DNA from: an uncultured Actinomycetes bacterium
Lineage (GTDB): Bacteria; Actinomycetota; Thermoleophilia; RBG-16-64-13
DNA length: 64,000 nucleotides
Direction: 5' to 3'
Assembly: GCA_963706025.1 (NCBI GenBank)
Contig: CAVPLM010000008.1
Span: 149,561-213,560 of the forward strand
The notes under the pieces are model-generated. The model did no database searches, was not told the DNA's origin, and worked only from the letters and a program-made list of their open reading frames with translations. Shown here piece after piece: positions 9,826-19,173 of this stretch. How positions within the stretch are numbered: the first letter of the stretch is position 1; every line of letters begins with the position of its first letter. Both the position numbers and the translations under genes were made by a program.

Positions 9826-10152
9826 TTACCAGCGGTTGCCGCTGTTGTAGCCGCTGCTGCCGCCGCCGTAGCCACCGCCGGAGCGAGGGGCACGGGGCAC
9901 CTGTTCTTTGGCCACATCGACCTTGAGGGCGCGACCGTCGAGCTGGGTGCCGTCCAGGGCGCCCTTGGCCTTCTGGGCTTCATCGGCCGAGCCCATCTCC
10001 ACAAAACCGAAGCCCTTGGGGCGTCCGGAATCGCGATCGGTGATGAGATTGACCGAGGTCACCTCGCCGTGAGCTTCGAAAGCCGTCCTGATGCTGGCTT
10101 CGGAGGTCTCATAACTGAGATTGCCCACGTACAGTTTTGCTGAATTTACCAC
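9826..10152 (-). CDS. RRM RNA-binding protein with Gly-rich tail
   Basis: RNP2 LYVGNL, RNP1 KGFGFVEM and a GGGYGGG tail. GTG start follows GGAGG. Confidence 0.93.
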   Translation of the reverse strand: MVNSAKLYVGNLSYETSEASIRTAFEAHGEVTSVNLITDRDSGRPKGFGFVEMGSADEAQKAKGALDGTQLDGRALKVDVAKEQVPRAPRSGGGYGGGSSGYNSGNRW

Positions 10153-10273
10153 TACAGCCTCCATGAACGGAGTTACATTGCGACAAACGAGAGGGAAAGA
10201 CTGGAGACTGGGCGAGGAGGTTCTGAAGCTCGGCGCTGCGCCTGGAGAAGATTCCTGTCGAATGCTTGACGGC

Positions 10274-10282
10274 AGCATAGCA
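10274..10282 (-). promoter_or_regulatory. Extended -10 promoter of the RRM gene
   Basis: TGcTATGCT on the minus strand about 120 nt upstream of the start. Confidence 0.4.
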
Positions 10283-10530
10283 CAATGCCCAACGCCCGGC
10301 TGCGGAGGCGAGCGAGGGTGGCGGGCCGAGACGATCCCCTTACCCGTGCGTCTCACTGCAGAAGCACGTGCGTGATAAAGTGACTGCTCAGAAGGCATGT
10401 CATCCGTGCTTTCGCGAGCCAGCCGTCTTCTGCCACTTTCCATCCCGGGTCGATACGAACCCGGAAGAATCACATCACTCCTAGGGTGGGATGTCCCACC
10501 TACTCGAACGAAAGAAGAGGGAGACCGCCA

Positions 10531-10803
10531 GTGAGGAGCAAGAAGGAGGTGCGCTATGTCGTCTCCCGCCTCAAGGACCCCGACGATCTGGAAGGCGAGC
10601 GCGAGGCGATCGGCTGCCACCCCTACCTAGATCTTGCCAAGAAACACGCCGACCGTCTGGGTCCCGGCACCTGTGTCGATGCGGAAGGGGGCACCTACTA
10701 CTTCGATGGCCCCTATAGGCGGCGCGAGCAATGGCAAGTAGAGTGGACCAACCGCAACCTCTATCAGGGTAGGAAGGCGAGAAGCCCAGCACCTGAGGTC
10801 TAG
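10531..10803 (+). CDS. Hypothetical protein (about 90 aa)
   Basis: GTG start after AAGAGGGA; VRSKKEVRYVVSRLKDPDD...; no recognisable motif. Confidence 0.55.
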   Translation: MRSKKEVRYVVSRLKDPDDLEGEREAIGCHPYLDLAKKHADRLGPGTCVDAEGGTYYFDGPYRRREQWQVEWTNRNLYQGRKARSPAPEV

Positions 10804-10901
10804 GACTGACGGAAGAACCAGGTCGCCAGGCCCGACGGACAACGACGGTCGCCGTCGCTTCTTCGGTCCGCCCGGAACCGGCCGACCAGCCCCCACCGGA
10901 T

Positions 10902-10928
10902 GTTTCGAGGCCCGGTAGAATAGGGGAC
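10902..10928 (+). promoter_or_regulatory. sigmaB/sigmaF-type promoter (weak match)
   Basis: GTTT-N17-GGGGAC upstream of the SnoaL-like gene. Confidence 0.4.
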
Positions 10929-10991
10929 GCTTGGGGATAGCGAGTATGCCTTTGCGCTGCCCAGGGTGCGGGGCGAGAAAGGAGTGGTGCT

Positions 10992-11372
10992 GTGGTTCAA
11001 GAGCAAGCGGAGCCCGCTGCAGAGAGTATCCTCAGACGGCTTGAACAGGCGATCAACGATCGTGATCTCGAAGCCTTGGTCGGCTGCTTTCGGGAGGATG
11101 TCGTCATTGAGCACCCCGCCCATCCGGCACGAAGCACCCGGGGCAGGGATCAGGTCTGGCGCAACTGGGCGCCGGTCATGGCTGGGATGGCCGATTTCAA
11201 GGCCACGCTCGTGCGCTTTGCCGCCGACAAGGACATCGTGTGGGCGGAGTGGTATTGGCAGGGCACTCAGGCTGACGGCTCTGCGGGCGATATGGCCGGG
11301 GTGATCATCCACGGCTTGGCCGGCGACGAGATCGCCTGGACGCACTTCTACCTGGAACCGGTCGACAAGTAG
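10992..11372 (+). CDS. SnoaL-like / NTF2 family protein
   Basis: AINDRDLEALVGCFREDVV...HPARSTRGRDQV...VWAEWYWQGTQADG. RBS AAGGAG. Confidence 0.85.
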   Translation: MVQEQAEPAAESILRRLEQAINDRDLEALVGCFREDVVIEHPAHPARSTRGRDQVWRNWAPVMAGMADFKATLVRFAADKDIVWAEWYWQGTQADGSAGDMAGVIIHGLAGDEIAWTHFYLEPVDK

Positions 11373-11403
11373 GGCGCCGGCATCAGGTCTTCGCTCGCCG
11401 CGA

Positions 11404-12312
11404 TCACGGTGGGCACTTTGCGCAGATGGATCTGAACTGCATGGTGCTTAGATAGCGGTCGCCCCGGTCGGGAAGCACCACCACGATGGTCCCGTGGTCG
11501 ATCATCTTGGCTATGCGAAGGGCTACGGCAACGGCCGCGCCCGCCGAAGTACCGACGAAGAGGCCTTCCTTGGTGGCAAGGAGTTTCGTTGTCTCGAAGG
11601 CCTCGCCGTCTTCGACCATTTCCTTCAGGTCCAGCTCTTCCGGCTGGTAGATACCGGGCACCATGGATTCGGTCATGTTCTTTAGCCCCTGGATAGTGTG
11701 GCTCATGACGGGCTCAACACCGACGATCCTCACAGAGGGCTTCACGGACTTCAGATACCTTCCGGCACCCATCAAGGTCCCGGTAGTGCCCATGCCGGCC
11801 ACGAAGTAGTCGACCTGCCCATTGCTCTGCCGATAGATTTCGGGGCCTGTGGTCTCGAAGTGGGCAAGCACGTTCGCCTCGTTGTCGTACTGATTGGGCA
11901 TGTAGTACTTGCCCGGTGAAGCCTGCATGAGCGCATGGGCCTGGCGGATGGCGCCGTCGATGTTCTCCTTGGCCGGTGTAGGGACCACATGGGATCCGAG
12001 GCCCTCCAGAATGAGGCGGCGCTCGGTGCTTACGCACTCAGGCATGCAGAGTTGTACCTCATACCCTTTGGCCGCGCCGATCATGGCCAGGGCAATGCCC
12101 GTATTGCCGGAAGTCGGCTCCAGAATAGTCTTCTCCCTGGTGAGCTCGCCGCGTTCTTCGGCCCTCGTGATCATGTAGAGGGCGGGGCGATCCTTAACCG
12201 ATCCTCCCGGATTACAGCCCTCAAGCTTGCAGAGTATCCTCGTCTTGGGATTGGCAGTGAGATTGACGAGCTCCACCAGGGGGGTGTTGCCGATCGCCTG
12301 TAGCAGATTCAT
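11404..12312 (-). CDS. cysM: PLP-dependent cysteine synthase (CysK/CysM family)
   Basis: IGNTPLV, KLEGCNPGGSVKDR (PLP Lys), EPTSGNTG, GMGTTGT, PDRGDRYLS. Confidence 0.9.
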   Translation of the reverse strand: MNLLQAIGNTPLVELVNLTANPKTRILCKLEGCNPGGSVKDRPALYMITRAEERGELTREKTILEPTSGNTGIALAMIGAAKGYEVQLCMPECVSTERRLILEGLGSHVVPTPAKENIDGAIRQAHALMQASPGKYYMPNQYDNEANVLAHFETTGPEIYRQSNGQVDYFVAGMGTTGTLMGAGRYLKSVKPSVRIVGVEPVMSHTIQGLKNMTESMVPGIYQPEELDLKEMVEDGEAFETTKLLATKEGLFVGTSAGAAVAVALRIAKMIDHGTIVVVLPDRGDRYLSTMQFRSICAKCPP

Positions 12313-12423
12313 AAGACGCATCTCCGTGTATTCAGCGCACTTGCGACCGAGTAGGAAAAATGTCCGGGCTATCTTCCGCCAAACATAGCGCATCTGGGTG
12401 GGGATGCTAACAGCGCGTGGCCG

Positions 12424-12746
12424 CTAAGGGGCCTGGCAGCACCCGTCCCGGATCTCGATGATACGGTCGACGACCGCGCCGGATTCAGGGTTATGGGTAA
12501 CCATGACCACCGCGTGACCGCCATCGGCCAACTCACGTAACACGGCGAGGATCTGCCTCCCATTGGCGGTATCCAGGCTGCCGGTCGGCTCGTCGGCAAG
12601 GACCAGGGGGGATTGTTCACTACGGCGCGCGCGATCGCCACCCTGCCCTGCTCTCCGCCGGACAGCGTCGTCAAATGGATCGGGCGTGGACACGCCGCCC
12701 TTGCGAGGGTCTTGCTGGTGCGGCTCGCGAAGTGAGGTTCGATCAA
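12424..12746 (-). pseudogene. C-terminal remnant of a LolD/MacB-type ABC ATPase
   Basis: LSGGEQGRVAIARAVVNNP is in one frame and LVLADEPTGSLD...VMVTHN in another. The Walker A half is missing. Confidence 0.8.
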
Positions 12747-12752
12747 GGCGCC

Positions 12753-13250
12753 TCAGAACAGATCTAGTTGGCGGTAGATCACCCGGACTCGAAAGAGGTT
12801 CAGGGTCTTGTAGATACGGAGCCCCCGGCTCTCGTAGACATGCTGAGCCTTGGCCATGATAGGGTCGTCACCGGTGTAGAGCCTCAGGTACCGAGCCCCC
12901 GACACCCTCGCCCGCTCGATGGCGAGGTCGAGAAGGCGTCCGCCGAGACCCGTGCCACGGTGCTCAGGCGATACACAGAACCAGGAGAGCCAGAGAGCCT
13001 CGTGGGCGTCCTTGCGATTGCGGTATAGACCTACCGTGCCGGCTACTCTGTCGTCGTCGTCGAGCGCGACCCAGAAGTCGCCCAGGTCTTTCACACCGAC
13101 GACCGCGAGCAGGACCTTGACGACCGGCCGGTCACGGCGACTCCATGCCCAGAAGAACAGCCGTTCAACCGGGCCCTGACGGGGGAAGACACTGTCTACA
13201 AGCGCCTTCGCCTGAGGCAAGGTCACGGCCGTCATCGACCTGACACGCAT
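12753..13250 (-). CDS. GNAT family N-acetyltransferase
   Basis: Acetyl-CoA motif WFCVSPEHRGTGLGGRLL, plus AQHVYESRG. ATG follows GGAGG. Confidence 0.88.
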   Translation of the reverse strand: MRVRSMTAVTLPQAKALVDSVFPRQGPVERLFFWAWSRRDRPVVKVLLAVVGVKDLGDFWVALDDDDRVAGTVGLYRNRKDAHEALWLSWFCVSPEHRGTGLGGRLLDLAIERARVSGARYLRLYTGDDPIMAKAQHVYESRGLRIYKTLNLFRVRVIYRQLDLF

Positions 13251-13408
13251 CGGCTGCCTCCACGTGCCGCTGAACACCAACACGGGGCATAGGTGGTGCC
13301 CCACGCACATGACACCAGATACCCGAAAGGCACGTTGTCAATGCTTGAGCGCCTCCATGTGCGATGATGCGAAATGCAGTCGGCAGAGAACCGCAGGGAG
13401 CACAGCAG

Positions 13409-15043
13409 ATGCTGATCACCCACTTACTCTCGCGCAACGCAAGGCTCTACGGAGACGAGGTCTGCCTCGTCGAGGTCAATCCTGAGCTAGGAGAGAAGCA
13501 CGAGGTCACGTGGCGCGAATACGAGCTCATGGAGACCAATCCGCACGAGCATTCCCGGAGAGAGATGACCTGGCGCCAATTCGACGATGCCGCCAACCGC
13601 TTCGCGAACCTGTTGCTGGGACAGGGCATCGGCAAGGGAGACAAGGTCGCGATCCTCATCATGAACTGTCTCGAGTGGTTGCCGATCTATTTCGGCATCC
13701 TCAAGACCGGCGCCGTCGCGGTGCCGATGAACTACCGATACACGGCCGAGGAGATCGAGTACTGTCTCAAGCTCTCGGAGGCCGGCGCGCTGGCGTTCGG
13801 GCCCGAGTTCATCGGGCGCATCGAGTCGATCGTCGACCGTATCCCGAAGGTCGAGCCCCGGTTCTTCGTAGGCACTGACTGCCCGACGTTCGCGGAGAGC
13901 TACGCCGAGCTGACTTCGGAATGCTCGGCCGAAGCCCCGCGGATCGAGATCTCGGAAGAAGAAGATGCCGCCCTGTACTTCTCGTCGGGGACCACCGGCT
14001 TTCCTAAGGCGATACTGCACGATCATCGCGGCATCATGTCCTCGTGCGTCACCGAACAGCGGCATCACGGACAGACCCGAGAAGACAACTTCCTGTGCAT
14101 CGCACCGCTCTATCACACCGGGGGCAAGATGCACTGGTTCGGCAGCCTTCTGGCCGGCAGCAGGGGCGTGCTGCTACGGGGGGTGAAGCCGGAGTGGATC
14201 CTCAGAACCATATCGGACGAGGGGGTCACCGTAGTCTGGCTCCTCGTCCCCTGGGCGCAGGACATCCTTGAAGCGATCGACCGGGGGGACGTGAGACTCG
14301 GAGACTACGAGTTGGGGCAGTGGAGGCTCATGCATATAGGGGCGCAGCCGGTTCCACCCAGCCTGGTGCACCGCTGGAAGGAGCACTTTCCCGGCCATCT
14401 CTACGACACGGACTACGGTCTGACTGAGTCGGTCGGCCCGGGCTGCGTGCACCTGGGGATCGAGAACATCCACAAGGTGGGCGCCATCGGGAAGCCGGGC
14501 TTTCAGTGGGAGACGAGGATCGTCGCCGAGTCCGGCGAACCGGTCCCGCAGGGAGAAGTCGGGGAGCTGGCTGTCAAGGGCCCGGGGGTCATGAGGGGCT
14601 ACTATAACGATCCGGAAGCCACCGCCGCGGTGATGAGGGATGGTTGGCTCCTCACCGGCGACATGGCGCGCACGGATGAAGAGGGCTTCATCTACCTGGT
14701 CGACCGCAAGAAGGATGTGATCATCACCGGCGGCGAGAACATCTACCCGGTACAGGTGGAGGACTTCCTCCACGGGCACGATGCCATCAAGGACGTGGCG
14801 GTAATCGGCCTGCCGGACGAGCGCCTCGGGGAGATCGCGGCGGCGATAATCCAGCTCAAGCGCGGCCACCGGTGCACAGAGGAGGAGATGGCGGAGTTCT
14901 GCTCTTCGCTGCCCCGTTACAAGCGGCCCCGCAGGATCATCTTCGACACGGTGCCCCGCAGCGCAACCGGCAAGATCGACAAGCCGGCGCTTCGCCGCAC
15001 GTATAACGTGGAGAGCATCGTGGAGACGCAGACGCAGCGCTGA
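13409..15043 (+). CDS. Acyl-CoA synthetase / AMP-binding (long-chain fatty-acid-CoA ligase-like)
   Basis: YFSSGTTGFPK, YGLTE, LTGDMA, DRKKDVIITGGENIYP, TGKIDK. Confidence 0.92.
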   Translation: MLITHLLSRNARLYGDEVCLVEVNPELGEKHEVTWREYELMETNPHEHSRREMTWRQFDDAANRFANLLLGQGIGKGDKVAILIMNCLEWLPIYFGILKTGAVAVPMNYRYTAEEIEYCLKLSEAGALAFGPEFIGRIESIVDRIPKVEPRFFVGTDCPTFAESYAELTSECSAEAPRIEISEEEDAALYFSSGTTGFPKAILHDHRGIMSSCVTEQRHHGQTREDNFLCIAPLYHTGGKMHWFGSLLAGSRGVLLRGVKPEWILRTISDEGVTVVWLLVPWAQDILEAIDRGDVRLGDYELGQWRLMHIGAQPVPPSLVHRWKEHFPGHLYDTDYGLTESVGPGCVHLGIENIHKVGAIGKPGFQWETRIVAESGEPVPQGEVGELAVKGPGVMRGYYNDPEATAAVMRDGWLLTGDMARTDEEGFIYLVDRKKDVIITGGENIYPVQVEDFLHGHDAIKDVAVIGLPDERLGEIAAAIIQLKRGHRCTEEEMAEFCSSLPRYKRPRRIIFDTVPRSATGKIDKPALRRTYNVESIVETQTQR

Positions 15044-15072
15044 GTCGCGGCCGACTAAGGCATCGATACCCG

Positions 15073-15102
15073 TTGCTCCTCGGCAAAGACCTGTTGTAGA
15101 CT
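15073..15102 (+). promoter_or_regulatory. sigma70-type promoter of the SLH-RCC1 gene
   Basis: TTGCTC-N18-TAGACT. The leader has a GCAG(G)TTCC...GGAACTGC stem. Confidence 0.4.
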
Positions 15103-15207
15103 GAGATGCAGGTTCCGCCAGACTGATCGGTAGCCTAGGAACTGCGCGGTTAACTGGGGACTACTCGGCTTCGAAGAGGCTCGGACTTCACCTTAGGAGG
15201 GAGGGCC

Positions 15208-16872
15208 ATGACCATTCGTCGCACACTGGTTCTCGTTATCGTCTGCGCGGCGCTGTTGGGGCTGCTCGGGAGCGGGTCGGCCTCTGCCGCTTCCTTCCCC
15301 GACGTCCCCAGTAATCATCCCTACGCCTCGGCCATCACCGCCCTCTCCGCCCGCAGAATCATAAGCGGCTACCCCAACGGGAACTTCGGGCCCGGCGACC
15401 TGGTCATGCGCCAGCAGTTCGCCAAGATGATCGTGCTCAGCCTGGGGCTGGAACCCCTTCCCGCGGACCAGTGCCCCTTCGTCGATGTGGAGTCGAGTTG
15501 GCCCTATCCCCGGGGGTACATCGCCGCCGCCGCCCAGAACGCCATCACCCAGGGTAGAACCCCCACTTCCTTCGCCCCCTACGCCAACATCACCCGGGCC
15601 CAGGTGGTGACAATGGTGGTGAGGGCCTTGGACAACCTCCGACCCGGCACCCTTGTCGCGCCACCTGCCGGTTACACCGGCACTCTGGGTGACTTCAGCC
15701 CCGATCACGCCGCCAAGATGGCCGAAGCCGAATACAACGACCTGCTCGAGGGTCTAGTCGCCTTCGGCTCCTCCTGGAACCCCTGGCAGAACGCGAGCCG
15801 GGGAGAGGTGGCCCAGATGCTATGGAACGCTCTTCAGCGGGCCGAATCCTCCAGCCTGCTCGCGGCCGGGGACTGGTATTCACTGGTCATCAGATCCGAC
15901 GGCTCCCTGTGGGCCTGGGGCAACAATGCCTACGGCCAAGTGGGCGACGGCACTACCACCGACCGGCGCGAGCCCGCCCGCATCGGCGTCGATGCCGACT
16001 GGAGGGCCGTCGCCGCAGGCGAGCAGCACTCCCTGGCCCTGAAAAGAGACGGTTCCCTCTGGGCCTGGGGATGGACCCAGGGCGGCTTGCTCCTGACACC
16101 CACCCGCGTCGGCACCGACAGCGACTGGATGGCAATCGCCGCCGGCGGGAATCACTCCCTTGCCATCAAGACAGACGGTTCCCTCTGGGCCTGGGGACTG
16201 AATACCAGTGGCCAATTGGGTGACGGAAGCTCCGACTCTCGGCCCGCGCCCATCCGTATCGGGACCGATAGCGACTGGAAGTCCGTCGCTGCCGGTCGGG
16301 CCCACTCCCTGGCTGTCAGAAGGGACGGCTCCCTCTGGGGTTGGGGACAGAACTCCAACGGCCAACTGGGTGACGGCTCCGACGTCCGCCGCTTCGTGCC
16401 CACGCGCGTCGGCACCGACAGCGACTGGGTGGCCGTTGGCGCTGAGTGGTTCCAGTCATTCGCCCTCAAGAGCGATGGTTCTCTGTGGGCCTGTGGAATG
16501 AACGATGGTGGCCAACTGGGTGACGGCACCACCACCCACCGCAGTGTGCCCACCCGCGTCGGAAACGAGTTCGACTGCAGGACGATAGAGGCCGGAAGAT
16601 ACCACTCCTCGGCCCGCAGGTCCGACGGTTCCCTGTGGGTTTGGGGAGCAAACTACTATGGCCAACTGGGTGACGGTACCACCGAGCAGCGTCTTGTGCC
16701 CACCCGCATCGGGACAGACACCGACTGGAGGGCGTTGGCCGCCGGTTGGTACCACTCCCTCGCGCTCAAGAGCGACGGCTCCCTGTGGGTGTGGGGAAAC
16801 AATGAGTTCGGCCAACTCGGAGACGGCTCCACCACCGACCGCCACCAACCCACCAAGATCTTGGAGGACTGA
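15208..16872 (+). CDS. SLH-domain protein with C-terminal RCC1/BLIP-II repeat propeller
   Basis: Signal peptide and SLH motifs ([31 protein letters not shown]), then seven HSLAxxxDGSLWxWGxNxxGQLGDG-type repeats. Confidence 0.93.
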   Translation: MTIRRTLVLVIVCAALLGLLGSGSASAASFPDVPSNHPYASAITALSARRIISGYPNGNFGPGDLVMRQQFAKMIVLSLGLEPLPADQCPFVDVESSWPYPRGYIAAAAQNAITQGRTPTSFAPYANITRAQVVTMVVRALDNLRPGTLVAPPAGYTGTLGDFSPDHAAKMAEAEYNDLLEGLVAFGSSWNPWQNASRGEVAQMLWNALQRAESSSLLAAGDWYSLVIRSDGSLWAWGNNAYGQVGDGTTTDRREPARIGVDADWRAVAAGEQHSLALKRDGSLWAWGWTQGGLLLTPTRVGTDSDWMAIAAGGNHSLAIKTDGSLWAWGLNTSGQLGDGSSDSRPAPIRIGTDSDWKSVAAGRAHSLAVRRDGSLWGWGQNSNGQLGDGSDVRRFVPTRVGTDSDWVAVGAEWFQSFALKSDGSLWACGMNDGGQLGDGTTTHRSVPTRVGNEFDCRTIEAGRYHSSARRSDGSLWVWGANYYGQLGDGTTEQRLVPTRIGTDTDWRALAAGWYHSLALKSDGSLWVWGNNEFGQLGDGSTTDRHQPTKILED

Positions 16873-16910
16873 CGCGGTCCCGCCCACTTAGTCGAGTTCC
16901 AGCTCGTGCA

Positions 16911-17204
16911 TCAGGTTGGCGATAAGCTGACACTCTTCTCCGCGCGAGGCCTTGGCCCACGGGTCCCATGCCTGACCGTAGCCCGGCAGACCCCCAGGGG
17001 GCCATGGTATTCGGCGATCCGTAGATTGGGAGCGTGTACGTTGTCAAATTGGCCCAAGACCGAGGAGAACTCGGGAGGCGGATCGGGCAGAGCCTCGGGT
17101 TTCACAGCCCGTCCGGCTCTGACCACCATGGTGATCACCTGGGCCCGAGTGACGTCGGAGTAGGGATCGAAGATCGTCTGCGTTCCCCCCTGCACGCCTC
17201 TCAA
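16911..17204 (-). pseudogene. Truncated SLH-domain gene remnant
   Basis: FDPYSDVTRAQVITMVVRA...GQFDNVHAPNLRIAEY is homologous to the SLH segments at 1-300 and 15570-15750. Both ends are missing. Confidence 0.75.
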
Positions 17205-17390
17205 GACGATCGAAGTCGTCGGCGGCTGAGCGACGAGATCCCGTGAGTGACAAGCCCGATGCCTCCGCCGATAGCTCCCAGCGCTTGACTGGCCAGCAAC
17301 ACCATCGGGGCCCGCACGGTAGGAGGGCGCTTGGTCGAGGCTTTCGGCACCCGGGTCTGCTCGGGTATCGTTGCGGGTCGGTGCTCCAAG

Positions 17391-18080
17391 CTACTTGCGA
17401 AGACCGCGCAGAAACTCCTTCACCTGCTCGTCGGTGCGGTGCTTCGTCAGGTCGTAGTGGTCGTAGTGGGTGATCTCCGCCCGCTCCCGGACGATGCGGG
17501 GCTTCGGCTGAACCGCCGGATGGCCCAGGGCCATCATGTCGTAGACGACCAGGTCTTCCGGGATCCCCAGTAGTTCCTTGACGAGAGGCATCACGTAGGG
17601 ATTGCTGGCCGCAGTGGTCCATTGGCAGCCCAGACCCAGGGTGGTAGCTGCCAGGGTCATATAGAGGAAGGCGCTGGCCAGCGAGGAGTCGAAGACAAGA
17701 TCGCCCCGGACCAGTTGAGTCACGAGTGGGTACGATTCTTTGGTGCGGGTGTCGCCGCACACCACTATCAGCACGGGGGCGTCCTTCCAGCCCGGGTCTG
17801 TGACCGGACGCGCCGCCGAAGGCCATCTCATGTCCTCCGGCCGGGTCAGTTCGACCTCATGCGCCGGGTAGGCCTGCACTTTCACGAACCCAGCGATACG
17901 GTCTTTCGTCTCCTTGTCTCGAACCACCACGAACTCCCACGGCTGGGAGTTGGTCCCCGATGGCGCCCAGCGGGCGACCTCGATGATCCGATCCACCAGG
18001 GCGTCCGGCACGGGATCCGTCGTGAACGCTCTGGTGCTCCTCCGCGCCTGCACGAGCTCGAGAAGATCCTGGTACTCCAT
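17391..18080 (-). CDS. Nitroreductase family protein
   Basis: RRSTRAF, WAPSGTNSQPWEFVVV, LAATTLGLG. Confidence 0.92.
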   Translation of the reverse strand: MEYQDLLELVQARRSTRAFTTDPVPDALVDRIIEVARWAPSGTNSQPWEFVVVRDKETKDRIAGFVKVQAYPAHEVELTRPEDMRWPSAARPVTDPGWKDAPVLIVVCGDTRTKESYPLVTQLVRGDLVFDSSLASAFLYMTLAATTLGLGCQWTTAASNPYVMPLVKELLGIPEDLVVYDMMALGHPAVQPKPRIVRERAEITHYDHYDLTKHRTDEQVKEFLRGLRK

Positions 18081-18202
18081 TGCTGCTCCTTTCACTGTCT
18101 CGACCAGCCACCGCCTGTCGCTTTCGTTCGGCCCGCTCCAGGATACAGCAGGCCTTGTTCACCAAGTGCACCAAGGCCGAGTCTCCTCGAAGCGTCCCGC
18201 TT

Positions 18203-18228
18203 GTTTGCCAACGCTTCACGCGGGGGAC
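18203..18228 (+). promoter_or_regulatory. sigmaB/sigmaF-type promoter (probably near-leaderless)
   Basis: GTTT-N16-GGGGAC ending 10 nt before ATG 18239. Confidence 0.4.
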
Positions 18229-18238
18229 ATTGGGGGCC

Positions 18239-19048
18239 ATGAACACCCCGGTGCCTACAGAACTCATACTCGCAACCCGTGCGGACATGATCGCCGAGGC
18301 CGAGCGCGTCATCGACGCCGCCCGCGGGCGAGGCATCGTCCTGCGCCTCCTCGGCGGCCTCGCCGTGCGTTTCCACTGCCAGTCGCTCGACTTCTGCGAG
18401 CGCGACCACGGCGACATCGACATGGTGGGGCATCGGCGTGACGCTGAGCGTATCGCGAGTCTCTTCACCGACCTCGGGTTCGAGGAGGTCGTCCACGTGC
18501 GCCAAGCGACCGGCGGACGTCAGCTGCAGTTCGCCCGCGAGTGCGGCCTCAAGGAGCAATGGGCCTGCTACAGCCGGCACGACGACGACCATATCGACGT
18601 CTTCCTTGATACGTTCAAGATGGACCACGCCATCGACCTGAGCGACCGGCTGGACCTCGACGACTACACCATCACGGTAAGCGATGTGCTCCTTACCAAG
18701 CTGCAGATGGCCAACCTGAACGAGAAGGACGACCGCGACATCTTCACCCTTCTCCAGGATTTAGAGCTCGGCACCGCCGACGATCCCAAGGCGATCGACG
18801 TGCCCTATATCGCCCAGCTCTGCGCACGCGACTGGGGCCTCTTCCACGATGTCGAGCTCAACTTGGCGCGCCTATACAAGCGGCTCGACGCATACGCCGT
18901 GGAGCCCGGCATGCGCGACCAAGTGCGCGCCAAGCTCGCACGGCTCGAGGAGACGATCAAGGCTGAACCGAAGTCGCGCACCTGGCGCCTGCGCGCCAAG
19001 GTGGGTGAGCGCCGTCCCTGGCACGAGACGGTCGAAGAGCAGGAGTAG
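18239..19048 (+). CDS. Nucleotidyltransferase-superfamily hypothetical protein
   Basis: Pol-beta-like motif RLLGGLAVRFH...DIDMV, plus IDVFLDTF, LLTKLQ and NEKDDRD. Confidence 0.75.
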   Translation: MNTPVPTELILATRADMIAEAERVIDAARGRGIVLRLLGGLAVRFHCQSLDFCERDHGDIDMVGHRRDAERIASLFTDLGFEEVVHVRQATGGRQLQFARECGLKEQWACYSRHDDDHIDVFLDTFKMDHAIDLSDRLDLDDYTITVSDVLLTKLQMANLNEKDDRDIFTLLQDLELGTADDPKAIDVPYIAQLCARDWGLFHDVELNLARLYKRLDAYAVEPGMRDQVRAKLARLEETIKAEPKSRTWRLRAKVGERRPWHETVEEQE

Positions 19049-19173
19049 CTTGGTCGCCCTCTCATTCAGGTTGCCAGGATCTCCCTTTCCTCACGTTCGC
19101 GCTGGGTTTCACGTTCTTCCGGCGGCCCGGGCACGCCGGCCCCACTCCTAGGTACCCGTGGGCCGGTCAGCCC

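Noticed and set aside
15105-15200. Riboswitch in the leader of the SLH-RCC1 gene
   Set aside because: Only one imperfect stem is visible, and I could not match c-di-GMP, c-di-AMP or other aptamer consensus motifs.
15860-16860. Regularly spaced nucleotide repeats (GACGGCTCCCTGTGGG..., GGCCAACTGGGTGACGG) as a CRISPR array or DGR-like repeats
   Set aside because: They are in-frame RCC1 protein repeats with a period of about 150 nt and synonymous variation. No cas or reverse transcriptase gene is present.
17201-17389. Small ORF with a hydrophobic ALGAIGGGIGLV segment
   Set aside because: It is probably a fragment of a membrane-protein gene next to the SLH remnant and has no support as a functional gene.
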